Shown: piece by piece, positions 37,612 through 49,931 of the stretch
Numbering within the stretch: the stretch's first letter is position 1
How the letters are laid out: the number at the start of each line of letters is the position of its first letter
From: Felis catus
Taxonomy: Eukaryota
Assembly (NCBI RefSeq): GCF_018350175.1
Contig: NC_058368.1
Coordinates: forward strand, 95,172,001 to 95,236,000
Length of the DNA stretch: 64,000 bases
Direction of reading: 5' to 3'
Notes under the pieces: generated by a model
Database searches by the model: none
The model's input: the letters and a program-made list of their open reading frames with translations, nothing else
What the model was told of the DNA's origin: nothing
Made by a program: the position numbers and the translations under genes

Positions 37612-40519
37612 GTCATTGGCCTCTTTGGAAATCTACCTCAGATGTTCAGATTTAAAACTATCGTTTGGAAACGTATTGACTGGCAGAGAGACTGATCCCA
37701 TCTTGGCTTGACCTAAGATCTTAACCCTTTCTGGATTGGCAGCCTTAGAGCTGTGAATACTTTAGCTGTCCTCACGTCCCAGCTCCAATATACCTTTCTC
37801 TGTTGAATTCAGCATTTAGGCCCCATGTTTTGGAAAATGACGGGACAGATTGATAGAACATGGCCAGGATTGGCTGTAACATCATTTTCTTTCTTTCTGA
37901 CTCTTCCAGCAGACCTCGAACCCTGAAATGGGGTGAGGAATGCTAGCTAATTCAGGGCTTATTTGCGCTCTCATTTTACATCCGTGGTGATGACTTAAGG
38001 GTATTTCAATTCTCTGGAGACAGAATTGAAACAACTGAATTCTTTCCAATATAGACAGGAACAAAGCATGATCACAAAGTGAAATCATTAGCTCTCTGGA
38101 CCTTGGGGAACATAAGCATTAACCTTATGAATTTTAAAAAGCAGGCTTGACGTGTCTCTGCCTCCCGTCATAAACATTTCCAACCAAGTCCACGTGTATT
38201 AAGCATGCATCTTGCAATGTAATAGATAGCCCAGGTTAGATTTTCATTTAATCCATCAAATGTGTCCATAGCATAAGGAATTGTGTGTTGCAGCCACCCC
38301 GGGGAAAATTGTGCTAGTCATGATCAGACAAGCAGAGCTCGGGCGACTCTGGGTGTTCAGGCTCTCACATTCCTGTCTTGCTTCCCATTTTGCTAATTTC
38401 AACTAATTATCATCCTCACTGATCTAACGCATCACACAAAAGCTTAGCCTCCCCCTCTCCCGCCCCAGCCAGGTCCCAGGTGTAGATTTCCTCTGGGTTT
38501 TTATTGCAGTTCCTTCCTCCTTTCTCTTATCTATTAATCAATTCCTAGGTGAGCAAAAGTCTCATCTTTCTAGTCCAATTCTGAATTTTCACTCCATGCT
38601 GGCAAGATTTTCTTATCTATCCTGGAGGGAGACTCAGGCAAAAGTCAGATCTCCTGCCGTACGGAACACCTGGCTGAACTTGGAAGGTAAACTAGGCAGC
38701 ATGTGACCAGTGTAACCAGGAGGCTGGGTGGTGTTTTTGTTTTCTTCTCCTCTTCTCTTCTTTCAAGCTCTCGTGTACTGTATTACCCCAAATAAAATCA
38801 TGCACAACTTATGTATATGTTTAATTCAAAAGCGTTTCGTGTGAAGATAAAACTCAAATTTCATCTTAAATAGATCTATTCATTCTGTGCTTTGGAGACC
38901 AGCCAGGAATGAGCTCCAAATGTGCGTCTCTTGCAACCAAAGAGTGACTTAAACCTATATTTTCAAATGGCCAACAGAACAAGTTCCAAATGCTCTCAAG
39001 CTGTGACTAGGCTCATACAGAGAGATAAACAGAGGCCCCAAACTGTGCGCTGAATATATAAGTCATCAAAGCCATTTGAAAATCAATTCAACATTTGACA
39101 AGGAGCCAATATGGTTCCCCTGTGATTAGAATGACATGCTCAGGCTACTACTGTGGGTAAGATTCTGACAGCAGTGTTTTGTACATGCTGGAACTCATAC
39201 AGAATTCTCCCCCCCCCCAGCTTCCTCCCCCCTCTATGGAAAACCATAATGAAGCATTACAATGATGTATCTGTGAGATCACTAACACATGGGCGCCATT
39301 CAACTATGAGGGCATTGATTAAATCCTAGGGACTGGGCCAAAGAACCCGAGACCCCAGAGTGTATGGTATGGCCCCAACCACATTTATAGCGAGCAGAAA
39401 AGGAACCGTCATCTCCGAATCTAGAGGTAATTGCAAACAGGCTTCTTGTAAGGATGGGGAGATTTTGTGTTGTTGTTTTGCGGGGGAGAGTCAGGACAGG
39501 GGCAAATGATTGTCACAAAAATACCGTGGCAGGCCCTCGTGTTTTAATCTTTGTAAGAGAAAACAAAACAGAACTTGCTCATCAGAGGCCCATTTGCCAT
39601 TGATAATCTCCCTCTTTATAGGAGTTACGGTTCTAAGTCTTTTTTCCTTATTCTACAAAGTTCTCTTGACCCTTTAAGGGATAAGAAAGACCTGGTGCGA
39701 AAATGGGGTGGAGGAAAAACAGAGGGCTTGTCATATCTCTCTTCAGTTTGTGGTTTCATTGCGATCTTTGCTTATTCCAGTTTTTTCCCTTGGAACTTTA
39801 GAAATAATTACCTCTGTTTCTCCTGGGGGGGGGGGGGGGGCGGTGGGAACCAGAAGAGACAAGTGTCCCATGGCTGTGATTTTGATGCTGAGTCACTATC
39901 TCATTGCAAGAGGCACAGAGCCAAATTTTTCTCCTCGGCCTTTCTTTCCCCATTCTTTGAACCTCCGTGTCGTCACCCACGGTCACTGCTCACGAGCTCT
40001 TGCCAGGCCTGGCGTGGCCAGTGTACCGTCCTCCTCCTTTTTCTCTTCCTCCCTCTCCTTCTGCACCTCCGCACTGGGTTCCAGTCACAGGATGCCACGT
40101 TGGCTTTGTCTCAGTCTACCACCATATCCCAGGACATCACGCTGCAGGAGGAGACAGGGAACAGAGGCAAAGGCACCACACACAGCAGACATGCCACAGA
40201 GACTTTGTTAGGCTCAAGTCCCCTTGGTGGACCAAGAGCCACATGCATTCCTGTACCTAGATAAGTAGTACAGAACGTTGCTAAAGATGCTGGAGCAAAA
40301 CCTGGGTGAAATTTTTACTAAATTAAGGTCGCTCATGTGATTTGGGGTGGTTCCCTGTGGAACATTCCCAGGAAAAGCCCGGTCATAGGAAACTGCTCTG
40401 CTTTTCTCCAGTGATATGAGGAGCAGGTTATAACAACCCCGAAGCGGGGTTCATGCCAGATCATGCCAATATCATGCGAAGTAGTCAAACTTTTTTTTTC
40501 ACGACCTGTGAGGCCCTAA

Positions 40520-40915
40520 AAGAGTTTCCCCACCTTTCTGAACTCATTCTAGGCACTTCCCTGCCCTTCCTTCCCCTCCCTTTTATGTCCCAGACACCCT
40601 CTGCCTAGAATACTCTTCTAACATGTCTTTCCTGACTTCTTGTCATCCAGTTTACAGCTTAAATATTACCTCCATGGTCAGTTGTTCTCGCCTCTTATTC
40701 CATTTATTTTCCCCCTTGGCAATCATACCTCTGTGAATTTATGTTTTCATCTTATTGGATTACTTGATTATGTTCGTCTTCCTCTGGTAGAATAAGCTCT
40801 ATCAAGGCAGGAAGCTTGTTGTCATTTACTGCTCTGTCTCCTACACCTCAAACAACGCCTGGCATGTGAGAGACGCTGGGTAAATAGTTGGGGAGAGAAA
40901 AAATGGATGGATGAA
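40520..40915 (+). mobile_element. L2 3' fragment
   Basis: TAGAATAAGCTCTATCAAGGCAGG...GCCTGGCATGTGAGAGACGCTGGGTAAATAGTTG...TGGATGGATGAA. Confidence 0.72.
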
Positions 40916-41063
40916 CATGGAATGACCCAACTGTGGGCCTTTCTCAAGGTGACCCACCCCAATTTGTGCCCTACCTGACACATTGTCATAAATTAAACCT
41001 GCATACCAAAAATTAGGTGTTTGGGCAGATTTGGCAAAAGCTTCTTAAGACCCTACCTGTGTC

Positions 41064-41310
41064 GGGGCTCCTGGGGGCCCAGGCGATTAAGCAGGGGTGG
41101 GGGCTCGGCTGATTAAGCATCCAACTCCTGATTTGGCTCAGATCATGGTCTTACAGTTGTGAGATCAAGCCCCATGTCAGGGTCTGCGCTGATGGTAACA
41201 AGCTTGCTTGGGATGCTCTCCACCCCCTCCCCCCGCCGCCTCTCCTCTGCTCACTCTGTCTCTCAAAAGAAATTAATAAACTTTAAAAGAAGAAGAAGAT
41301 GATGAAAAAG
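41064..41310 (+). mobile_element. Can-SINE with duplicated head
   Basis: Two head-like segments each ending GATTAAGCA; perfect TSD AAGACCCTACCTGTG at 41047 and 41311. Confidence 0.93.
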
Positions 41311-41519
41311 AAGACCCTACCTGTGCAAAATACTGTCAAAGGCAACGTGGAGGCTCTAAAGCTGATTGAGAGATTATGCCTGTTACCAGGGACTTTGGGC
41401 TTGGTTGAGGGTGGGGCTCCTTCTCTGGAGGCAGTTTATACCAAAAAAGACAAAATAGAGACCCAGCATTTATCCTTCTCTGTTCATGTTCAAGTTCCCC
41501 ACTTGATGTTTCTTACTCC

Positions 41520-42105
41520 TTTTCGTTTTTTAATCTGTTCACCGCTCTTTGGACCCACGGCCATATCTGTAGTTTTGCTCCAGCCTCAAAATGGGTCTCC
41601 CTGACTCCACTCCAACCTGGCTCTCAGCCACTCTCCACACTCTTGCTAAAATGGTATTTCTAAGCCTGAAATCTCTGCACATCACTCCCCTGCTCCAACC
41701 CTTCCTTGATGCCCCACCCTGTAGCCTTCAATGTCCTGTGTGAAATGGCCTCGCCGGTGTCCCAGCTCTGTCCTCTCCATGGCCCATCCCTATACTGTGC
41801 CACAGCCACAAATTTCCATATTCATTTCTCTCAGTGGCTCATGATCTCACTCGTCATATGGCTTCTTCACAGATAACTCCCTTAGCCTGGAGCTCCCACT
41901 CAGGTCGTGACTCTGTTCTAATGACCTATTCTCTGTGCAGACTTCTGTGCCACCAAAGTCTGTCTGGTTAGACACCTACCCCTTACACCTAAAGTTCCCA
42001 TACCTGTCCTCCCTTAGAGCATTCGTGATTCCGTCTGCTCTTTGCTTGTCCATTTCTCTCATTAGAGTCAGAACCTCCTTGTGTATAGGGACAGTGTCTG
42101 GCTGA
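41520..42105 (+). mobile_element. L2 fragment
   Basis: CTCTCCACAC...CACATCACTCCCCTGCTCCAACCCTTCC...CTCCTTGTGTATAGGGACAGTGTCT. Confidence 0.68.
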
Positions 42106-42117
42106 AAAGGAAAGGTA

Positions 42118-42320
42118 GGGGCACCTGGGTGGCTCATTCAGTTAAGCCTCTGACTCTTGGTTCTGGCTCAGATCATGATCGCACGTTTCATGGGACTGAG
42201 TCCTGGGTCCGGCTCTGAACCGGAGCCTGCTTGGGATTCTCTCTCTCCCTGTTTCTCTGCCCTCTTCAGCTCGCACATGCTCTTTCTCTCTCAAAGTAAG
42301 TAAATAAACTTAAAAAAAGG
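42118..42320 (+). mobile_element. Can-SINE with TSD
   Basis: Full body; AAAAGGAAAGG on both flanks. Confidence 0.95.
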
Positions 42321-42379
42321 AAAGGAAAAAAAAAGAAAGAGCAAAAGAAAGATAAATGAATGACCCAATAAGGAAATAC

Positions 42380-43150
42380 AAATAATACGCTGTGGGATTT
42401 CCAAGGTCGTTAAAGGCATCATGGAGGAGTGACTTTGACCTTGGGCTTTAAAGATCAAAAAGCCTTCTACAACCAGGGAGAAAGTATGAATGTTTGAGGC
42501 TCAAAGGGAATGGCAAGGGATCCAGCATGGCTGGAAGGGTAGAGTGAACCATGAGGTCAAGAAGATAGCTTAAAGCCAGATAACTGGAAGTAGGAACGTA
42601 ATACCCTGAGGTTAAGACTTACTCTGAAGGCCGTAGGGAGCTGTGGTTGTTTCTGTACAAGGGTGTGACGTGAACGCCTTTGTGGATCAGAAAGAAACTT
42701 CTGGAAACAGGGTGAGAGTTGGATTGCAGACGGGAGAGGCTGGGATTGGTAAAGCCATTGGAACCCATCTCAGGAATCTCGGTGAGTGATGACGAGGCCC
42801 TGGGCAGAGGCAGGGCTGGGGTGGTGAGGAGGAGGTAGGAGCGTCGCTGTGGAAGGGAGAACAGAGAGCATCTCCAGTGGGAGAAGAAGGGGGAACGTTG
42901 ATTGGGCGAGGATGGTAAGGCGGACGTGCGGCTGCGCTGCCAAGCTGTGTCGCAGACAATAGCCCCACTGTGCTGGACGCTGCTCAGCGCAGAGAGGGAG
43001 GAGCGTATTCCACGCCGTGCATTGCAGTTTAAGAGGACATTCAGAAAATGCAGCAGATTCCGGAGCCAGGAAGGGCCTGGCAACCTTGACGAACAAGAAA
43101 GGAACTAAGGAATCCCAAGGTGTTCGTTTGGCACACACTCACAAAATGCA
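42380..43150 (-). mobile_element. Probable L2 fragment, CpG-enriched in its right half
   Basis: AAAGGCATCATGGAGGAGTGACTTTGACCTTGGGCTTTAAAGAT and later purine-rich L2-like motifs. Confidence 0.5.
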
Positions 43151-43969
43151 AAGGGGAGATGCGACGGCCGCCATCGTGGACCTAAAGAGTGGCCTGTAGA
43201 AGGGATATTATGCATGTCCCAGGGGCAAGACCGATGCCCAGGGCGAGCTGGAACTTACGGCTAAAGTTTGCTTTGGCTCCACATAGGGGAGATCTTTCTA
43301 ACACCTGGTCAACCAGAGAGCTTGCTTGAACAAATGGGCAAGCAGAGAGTAAAAGATCCTGTTAGGACCCCTAGAAAGGAGCACGGGGGGTAAAAATGGG
43401 AGATTGGGCTATGTACTCTCTTAGCACTTCAGAGACTTTATGTTTCCCTCCATTGATGTCCTAATTCACCCCATCTTTTTAGCACCTAGTACTGAGAACA
43501 GGACCTTGACCAGGAAATCCCAACGGGGAAGAGGGAATATATTATGGGACCACCCTGCTGCCCGAGGAGGAGGAGCTTGGGTTATAAAGGACCCTGGGGT
43601 GCTGGCAGACCTCTGCTGTTCTTGCTTTCCCCCTCCCCCTCTGCTCCATAACCCACAGAATTGTACTCAGAGCTGATGTGGCCAGAAGGGGCTCTGGTCA
43701 TTCAGGGCCCTACACACCAGCCATATAGCAGTCAGGAACTGTGCCCGCCCTTAGTAAATGCTGAATGTGTCCTTCTTTCAATACCTTGAGACCCAGAACA
43801 GGGCAAAGCCAGTGTCCAGCTCTCTGTCTACAGGGAATCTGTTTCCCCTATGTTGGAGTTCTGTTTCTGCCTTCTCTTTCCCTAAATAGAAAGGGGCAGA
43901 GTTGAGGATGAATGGCTAAGTTTGGATCCTTTACCTCTAATCACTTATAGTTCCTCTTTGCTTGCTTGA

Positions 43970-43972
43970 TTT

Positions 43973-44028
<56 letters not shown>

Positions 44029-44051
44029 TTTTTCTTTTTTTTTTTTTTTTT
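43970..44051. repeat. (TTTC)n plus poly-T
   Basis: Directly visible. Confidence 0.95.
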
Positions 44052-44323
44052 CTGGACGGCACCTTCAGATAACTCTACCTCTCAGACAGAGACTCTTTAA
44101 ACTGTCTCTTCAGACTGAAATTTCTCTGGGAACAAGAACTAATCGCATCATGAGGCTAAGAGCCTTTATAACTGCATTGCCCAATATGTAGTATTAAAAC
44201 AATACATTAAATATTTCTATATGTTGGAATGATGCTATTTGGGGTATATTGGGCTAAAGGGAATATTAAATTTAATTGCACCTGGTTCTTTTTTTTTTTT
44301 TTTTTTTTAATGTGGCTGTCATA

Positions 44324-44517
44324 GGGGTGCCTGATGGCTTAGTCGGTGAAGCGTCTGACTCTTGGTTTCAGCTCAGGTCATGCTCTTACCATTCGGGAGA
44401 TCAAGCCCTGTCTCAGCGCAAAGCCTGCTTGGGATCCTGTCTCTCCCTCTCTCTCTGCCTCTCCCCTGCTCCTGCTCTCTGTCTCTCTCTCTCAAAATAA
44501 ATAAATAAGAAGAAAAG
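44324..44517 (+). mobile_element. Can-SINE, first of a tandem pair
   Basis: Head, CT tract, AATAAA repeats. Confidence 0.93.
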
Positions 44518-44520
44518 GTT

Positions 44521-44750
44521 GGGGTGCCTGGGTGACTCCGTTGGTTAAGCATCCGACTTCGGCTCAGATTGCGATCTCATGGTTCATGGGTTTGAGCCCC
44601 GCGTTGGGTTCTGTGTTGACAGCTCAGAGCTTGGAGCCTGCTTCGGATTCTGTCTCCCTCCCTCTCTGCCCCTCCCCTGCTCATGTTCTGTCTCTCTGTC
44701 TCAAAAATACATAAAATGTTTTTAAAAGTTTAAAAAAAAAGAAAAGGAAA
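44521..44750 (+). mobile_element. Can-SINE, second of a tandem pair
   Basis: GGGGTGCCTGGGTGACTCCG head directly after the previous tail; CT tract; A-tail. Confidence 0.95.
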
Positions 44751-47148
44751 CGTGCTATTAGAAAACTTAATAATTATACTCTATGGCTGTCGTTAGTTTC
44801 TGCTGGACATCAGTGCTATGGAAGTGGTCTGTTAAGGAGATTGCAAAGGGAGGAAAACAGAGCGATCACTGGAAACGAAGTCCCCCTGTGTATTCTGTGA
44901 ATGATATTCCATACGATCAAGGCTGGCACTTCACCATGACTTCCCATCCTGTGGACTCTGAAAAGTTTTTGTTTTGCGTCTAGAAAATGGCCTCGTGCTC
45001 ACAGGATGGCGAGTCCTTCTGGCCTCGGGCCTGCCCCCCCTGCCCCCTTCCCAAAAGCCTGTCCTGAAGCTAAGAGCACAGCTGCCCTCTGAACCCCTGC
45101 TCCTTCTTCCCACCTGGTTCCCATTCTGTGCTCGCTGGGCTGGGGAGCTGTCTGGGGCGCTGATATAGAAACAGCACAAAAGCATCCCTGGAACCATAGT
45201 GAAGTGGGGAAATTTATACTGACCAGAATTCCTTTCTGGGGGAGAATGGTTTTGGTGGAATTGTCGGAATAATTTGGCACAGTGCTCTGCCTAGAGGGGT
45301 GTAAGGAACGGAAAGGCCTTGCTCGGTCCTAAAGTTGCTAAATTGCCTTTAAAGAGGGGTGGGTGCGGTTAATCACAGGGCTTTTGTTCTGCAGAGGTGG
45401 GAGTGCAAGCTTGAGGGAGAGGTGGATTGCTTGGGGCTGCTGCCGAGAGGAGGTGGGCTGCCTTAGGGATTGGATTCCCCTCTTCATTTATCCATCTGGT
45501 GTTCTTTTATCAAGATCTTAATGAATATCCATTGGCCGAGAAAGCAAATTCTTGGTCTCTGGGGCACCCACCCGTCTTGGCGTGGTCCTGGCACGCTCCG
45601 ATGAAAAGCGTCGTCCTTATAGCTGCTTTTAGTGTCCGACCCGGGTTCGGTAGGATTTTGCGTGTCTGCTGACCGTCAAAGAAATGACAGAGCCCTGTGT
45701 GTGTGCGTGTACGGGAAAGCGAGGCAAGGGCTCACGTCTTCAAAGCAGACGATCGATTTCTAGGATTTGGTAAATAGACCTGTCGGGTCAATGAGGAACG
45801 CAAACAAATGCGTCCTCAGATGAGGTTATGGGGCCAAAGTAACAACGGGAGAGGGAAGGCGGAAGGCCAAGGAAATATTTGCTCACACTCTTAGCCATCT
45901 GGTCAATATGAAAAGGAGGCGGAACAGAAAGAATCTTTCGTTCTATCCACTTCCACCCGCCGCATCGTAAGCAGTCCTATTCTTTTCTATAACCCGGGAG
46001 CAGCACCATTTTTAGCTGCTTTTCTCCTTGTCCTTCCCCATCCTCCTCAAGCGCTTACGCTGGTAATCCACAAAGCACGGATGCTGGCTAAATTAAGATA
46101 AGGGGATGAAAAGAGACCTGTTGGCAGAGCCTGGCTGGGAGGGTGCCTTGGCGGGCAATCCCAGTCGGCCCTGGACCCCAGGACCGATTAGGAGATGTTC
46201 TCATCGGGAGGCTAAACCGGGCTCCCGGGCGCCCACGGCCATCTGCCAACGGCAGAGCCTGAAATGGCAGTGGCCAAGTGTGCACGTGACCCAGGCGGAA
46301 ACAGGCTGTCTGAGCCTCGGGGCCAGGCTCTCTGAGTTGGGCCTGGAGAGTGTGTGAGGCACAGCAGCGTCATTCTCGTGGCCTGTTGGTCCGTCCCCCC
46401 AACAGATGAGGGTTGACGAGCTTCCTGAGCTACAGGGAGTTCTTCTGAACTCTCCTAAGAGATCTGAAGGATGAAGAGTCACATGCGTCTTGAGGGCGCC
46501 TGGGCACCGGCCCAAGAGTCTGACAGTGGCTTCTCATCTGCACCCCCTTTGTGTGGTCTGCTCTGCGGAGATGCCCGCAGCAAGAATGTCATTGTGGAAA
46601 GTCAGAAAAGCGCCGAGAGGCATTCACGCCCTTCCAAAACTAGAGTCACGGGTCTCAGAATTCAGTACCATTATTGTCCCCATTTTATAGATGCGGAAAC
46701 GGAGGCACCACATTTTCAGTCTGCTCCATGTGGTCCTGGGAGTGTAGTTGTGGCCTCTGACCCCAGGGGCTGTGTGTCTAATGCAAATTCCAAAGTTTAG
46801 ATTCCGAGAAAAGAAAGGGGTCTTGCAACATGCTGAACCCCACATCCCAGGATAGTCCCGTGCAGATGTTGAGGGCTTGGTAAGGTGGGCTGAGGGAGAC
46901 GGGGAAAGAGGCAGCAAAGTGTGCAAAACTAACAAGGGTCACCAAACCAAGAAGCAGCCATTCCTTATCTGGGACTCTAAATCTCCATTCTGAAAGGGAG
47001 ATCAAAATTAATTCGGGGAACTATTTCTTGGGTAGAAAGATTGTAAGGGAAGGCTGTGCAATCGAAGCACGTCACTGAAATGCGGTGGTTTGCTCTTTGT
47101 GAGAGTAAGCACTGCAGACCTAATTATTTAGACTTAGCATAAAAATAT

Positions 47149-47186
47149 GGAGAGAGAGGGAGAGGGAGAGGGAAAGAGAGAGAGAG

Positions 47187-47229
<43 letters not shown>
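47149..47229. repeat. (GA)n + (GT)n compound microsatellite
   Basis: Directly visible. Confidence 0.96.
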
Positions 47230-47233
<4 letters not shown>

Positions 47234-47418
47234 TGTTAGTAAGGTTGGACATTAGACCAAAGGGCTGGGTCGAGCAGACTCACATTCTCTCTACCCCCAA
47301 CCGCCTCGATCCCCAAGTCCTTAGAATTAATAGACACAAATCTTAAATACATGGAAAGAGGGGGCATAGAGTTAGTGGACCAGAAATAATGAGGAGACTC
47401 TGAAAGTTGGGAGTTTAG

Positions 47419-47642
47419 GTTTTTTAAAATGTTTACTTATCTATTTTGAGAGAGATGGAGAGAGACAGAGAGTGCAAGTGGGGGAGGGGCAGAGAGAGAG
47501 GGTGAGAGGGAAAGAGTCCCAAGCAGGCTCGTGCCCTCAGCCTGGAGCCTAATGTGGACCTTGATTCCATGAACCACGAGATCCTGACCTGAGCTGAAAG
47601 CAACAGGTGGACCCTTAACCGACTGAGCCACCCAGGTGCCCC
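47419..47642 (-). mobile_element. Can-SINE with TSD
   Basis: Perfect 17-bp TSD GAAAGTTGGGAGTTTAG at 47402 and 47643. Confidence 0.96.
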
Positions 47643-47949
47643 GAAAGTTGGGAGTTTAGACGAGATTAGATTGAAGGATGAATCCACAGCCCAAAACAGG
47701 AGCAGGAGGGTGATGGTCCCAGGGGAGCCGGGAGCTGGGAGGCAACAGGGAAGGGCCAGAGGGACCTGGCTGGGAGCTACTGGGAAAAGGTTCTGGAGGG
47801 GAGCTTCCTCCTTCCCCGTTCTGGGCAGCAGTTGCAAAGCTGGGAGAAGGGGAATGTCTGTGGTGGCTGGTGAAGCCCACAGGGCAAGATGAGTCCCTGT
47901 GCCCACTCTGGTCCTTGCTAGGAGGCGAAGCACAGACAGGGCTGAAAGG

Positions 47950-49160
47950 AAAAGGCTCATAAAATGACCTCGCAACCGAAAGCCATGAGACGTTACGGGA
48001 GAGCAGTCATCATGAAAGGCAGACATCGTGTTTTTCAAAAAAAGAAATATCTGAAGGGACATAATTAATAGAGTAACCAAAGGGAGATTTTAGAATGTGT
48101 ATAATTGGTAGTTTCAGAGAGCTGTGAGAAAACAGCTTTGTATACTCCATCCACCTGTCATTCGAGTGTGAAGGTAAAATGGGATGTTTTAAGCAACAAA
48201 CACTGAAAAATATACCATTTGTGAACCTTACATGAAATGATTCATAGACAATAGACTTCAGCAATATTAAAAGCCAACTCAGAAGGAAGATAAGGATGCA
48301 GTATGGAGCCGAAAAATAAGCATAATTTATAATCGAGCATTAATTATTTAATTGAGCATCAATTATTTATAATAGAATAAAATTTAGAACTAAATTCCCA
48401 TAATGTCACAGTGTGGAAATTTAGGGGGAAGGGAAGAGGACAGGAGGTTATAAGTACTGATAAAGCCGGGCTTCCACAGATAAATGTAAGCCTTCTGTGA
48501 ATGTAACGTAAGTTTAAATATGTGTGTTCGACACTTGGGTAAAACTACCGAGAAACAGAAGCAGGAGAATAACATACAAGCAAATTAAAGCAAAAGCCTG
48601 GAATAAAACAACGCATAAAACAGATACCATCAATCTGATACATTTACCAAAGAATAAATCGTAAAGCACAACAAATATAATATACACCAAAACAATGAAT
48701 GGGACAAATAGAAAGTATAAGAAATAAATGTAAATGGTTTAAAGAATCCTGTTAAAAAAACACAAAGAACTACAGTTTAGACAAATTAATATCCATCCGT
48801 ATGTTCTTTATGAGACACAGAACATGAAATGACCCGAGAGAGACGAAACTATATGGATGAGTAAAGATAATCTAAGCAAATGCTAATGATGATAATAATG
48901 ATAACAAAAGCCAAATATTAATAGTAGAAAATCAATTCCAAGGCTAAAGTTACTTAAAGGGAAAAGCAATCTATATCATGCTGATGAAAGGTTGAACTGT
49001 CACGAGTTTTTAAGAGCACACATCGTTTCTACCTAAGGCAGAAATCTCTAAAAATAGGAGAAAATGTACATTAACATTGTTTTAGAAACTGAGACATCAA
49101 ATGAACAAAATTTGAAATACACTGTAGAGAATTTGAATAACAATTCTCAAACTTGATGTG
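47950..49160 (+). mobile_element. Old L1 fragment including the degenerate start of the ORF2 endonuclease
   Basis: A-rich strand; AATGTAAATGGTTTAAAG (NVNGLK) at ~48727, then remnants of ICCLQETH and KIYQAN motifs. Left boundary approximate. Confidence 0.68.
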
Positions 49161-49168
49161 CTTGAATT

Positions 49169-49728
49169 ATCAATATCATGAGTTGGTTACTTGGGGCTAC
49201 ATACAGGATTGAAGAGGCATTTTGTTTGCTAATTTATTTAATCATAGGGTCAGTCCCTCCCACCCTTCCTTCCTTCCTTCCTTCCTTCCTTCCATTCATT
49301 CTTATCCTATCTATTATCCTATCTATTATCTATAGGATATAGGATATATCCTATCTCTTAGGATATAGGATATAGCCTATCCTATATATATCCTAGGATA
49401 TAGGATATAGGATATATCCTATCCTATATATATCCTATATATCTATAGGATGTAGGATATCTATCCTATCTATTATCATGATATTCTTATCATATCATGA
49501 TCTTATTGATCATGATCAATATCATGAGTTGGTTACTTGGGGCTACATACAGGATTGAAGAGGCATTTTGTTTGCTAATTTATTTAATCATAGGGTCAGT
49601 CCCTCCCACCCTTCCTTCCTTCTTTCCTTCCTTCTTTCCTTCTTTTCCTTCCTTTCCTTCCTTCCTTTCCTTCCTTCCTTCCTTCCTTCCTTCCTTCCTT
49701 CCTTCCTTCCTTCCATTCATTCTTATCC
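49169..49728. repeat. Direct duplication (49169-49307 and 49515-49728) separated by 207 bp of low-complexity filler
   Basis: About 96 bp of unique sequence identical in both copies, each followed by (TTCC)n and ATTCATTCTTATCC. Confidence 0.95.
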
Positions 49729-49931
49729 CTGTTTTAACTTATTAGGGTAAAGGATTATGACAGTGCAAAAGAGCGTAGAGGAAAAAGCCTCTCTCCCTCC
49801 CCTATCCCTCAGTCTCCCAGTTCTCCATTCCAGATGTACCTACCGTTTTCAATTTATGTATCCTTCCATATAATCTATGGAAATACAGTTTATACCAGTA
49901 TATATGTACCAAAGCATTTAGGTAGATCTGC

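Larger units (their letters stand above)
44165..44816 (-). mobile_element. hAT-Charlie MITE (MER33-like) split by two SINEs
   Basis: Left part ends TTAATGTGGCT; right part resumes CTATTAGAAAACTTAATAATTA...TTCTGCTGGACA, like the MER33 terminus in antisense. Confidence 0.6.

Noticed and set aside
39575..40264. 229-aa plus-strand ORF and overlapping ORFs
   Set aside because: Runs through a poly-G tract and a CT-rich stretch; non-ATG start; no family resemblance.
47433..48080. 215-aa minus-strand ORF
   Set aside because: C-terminus is Can-SINE sequence (GAPGWLSRL...LSLS); the remainder is unrecognisable.
49169..49728. Repeat-spacer-repeat layout resembling a CRISPR array or LTR element
   Set aside because: Eukaryotic context, only two copies, no cas genes, no TG...CA termini, primer-binding site or TSD; the spacer is low-complexity filler.
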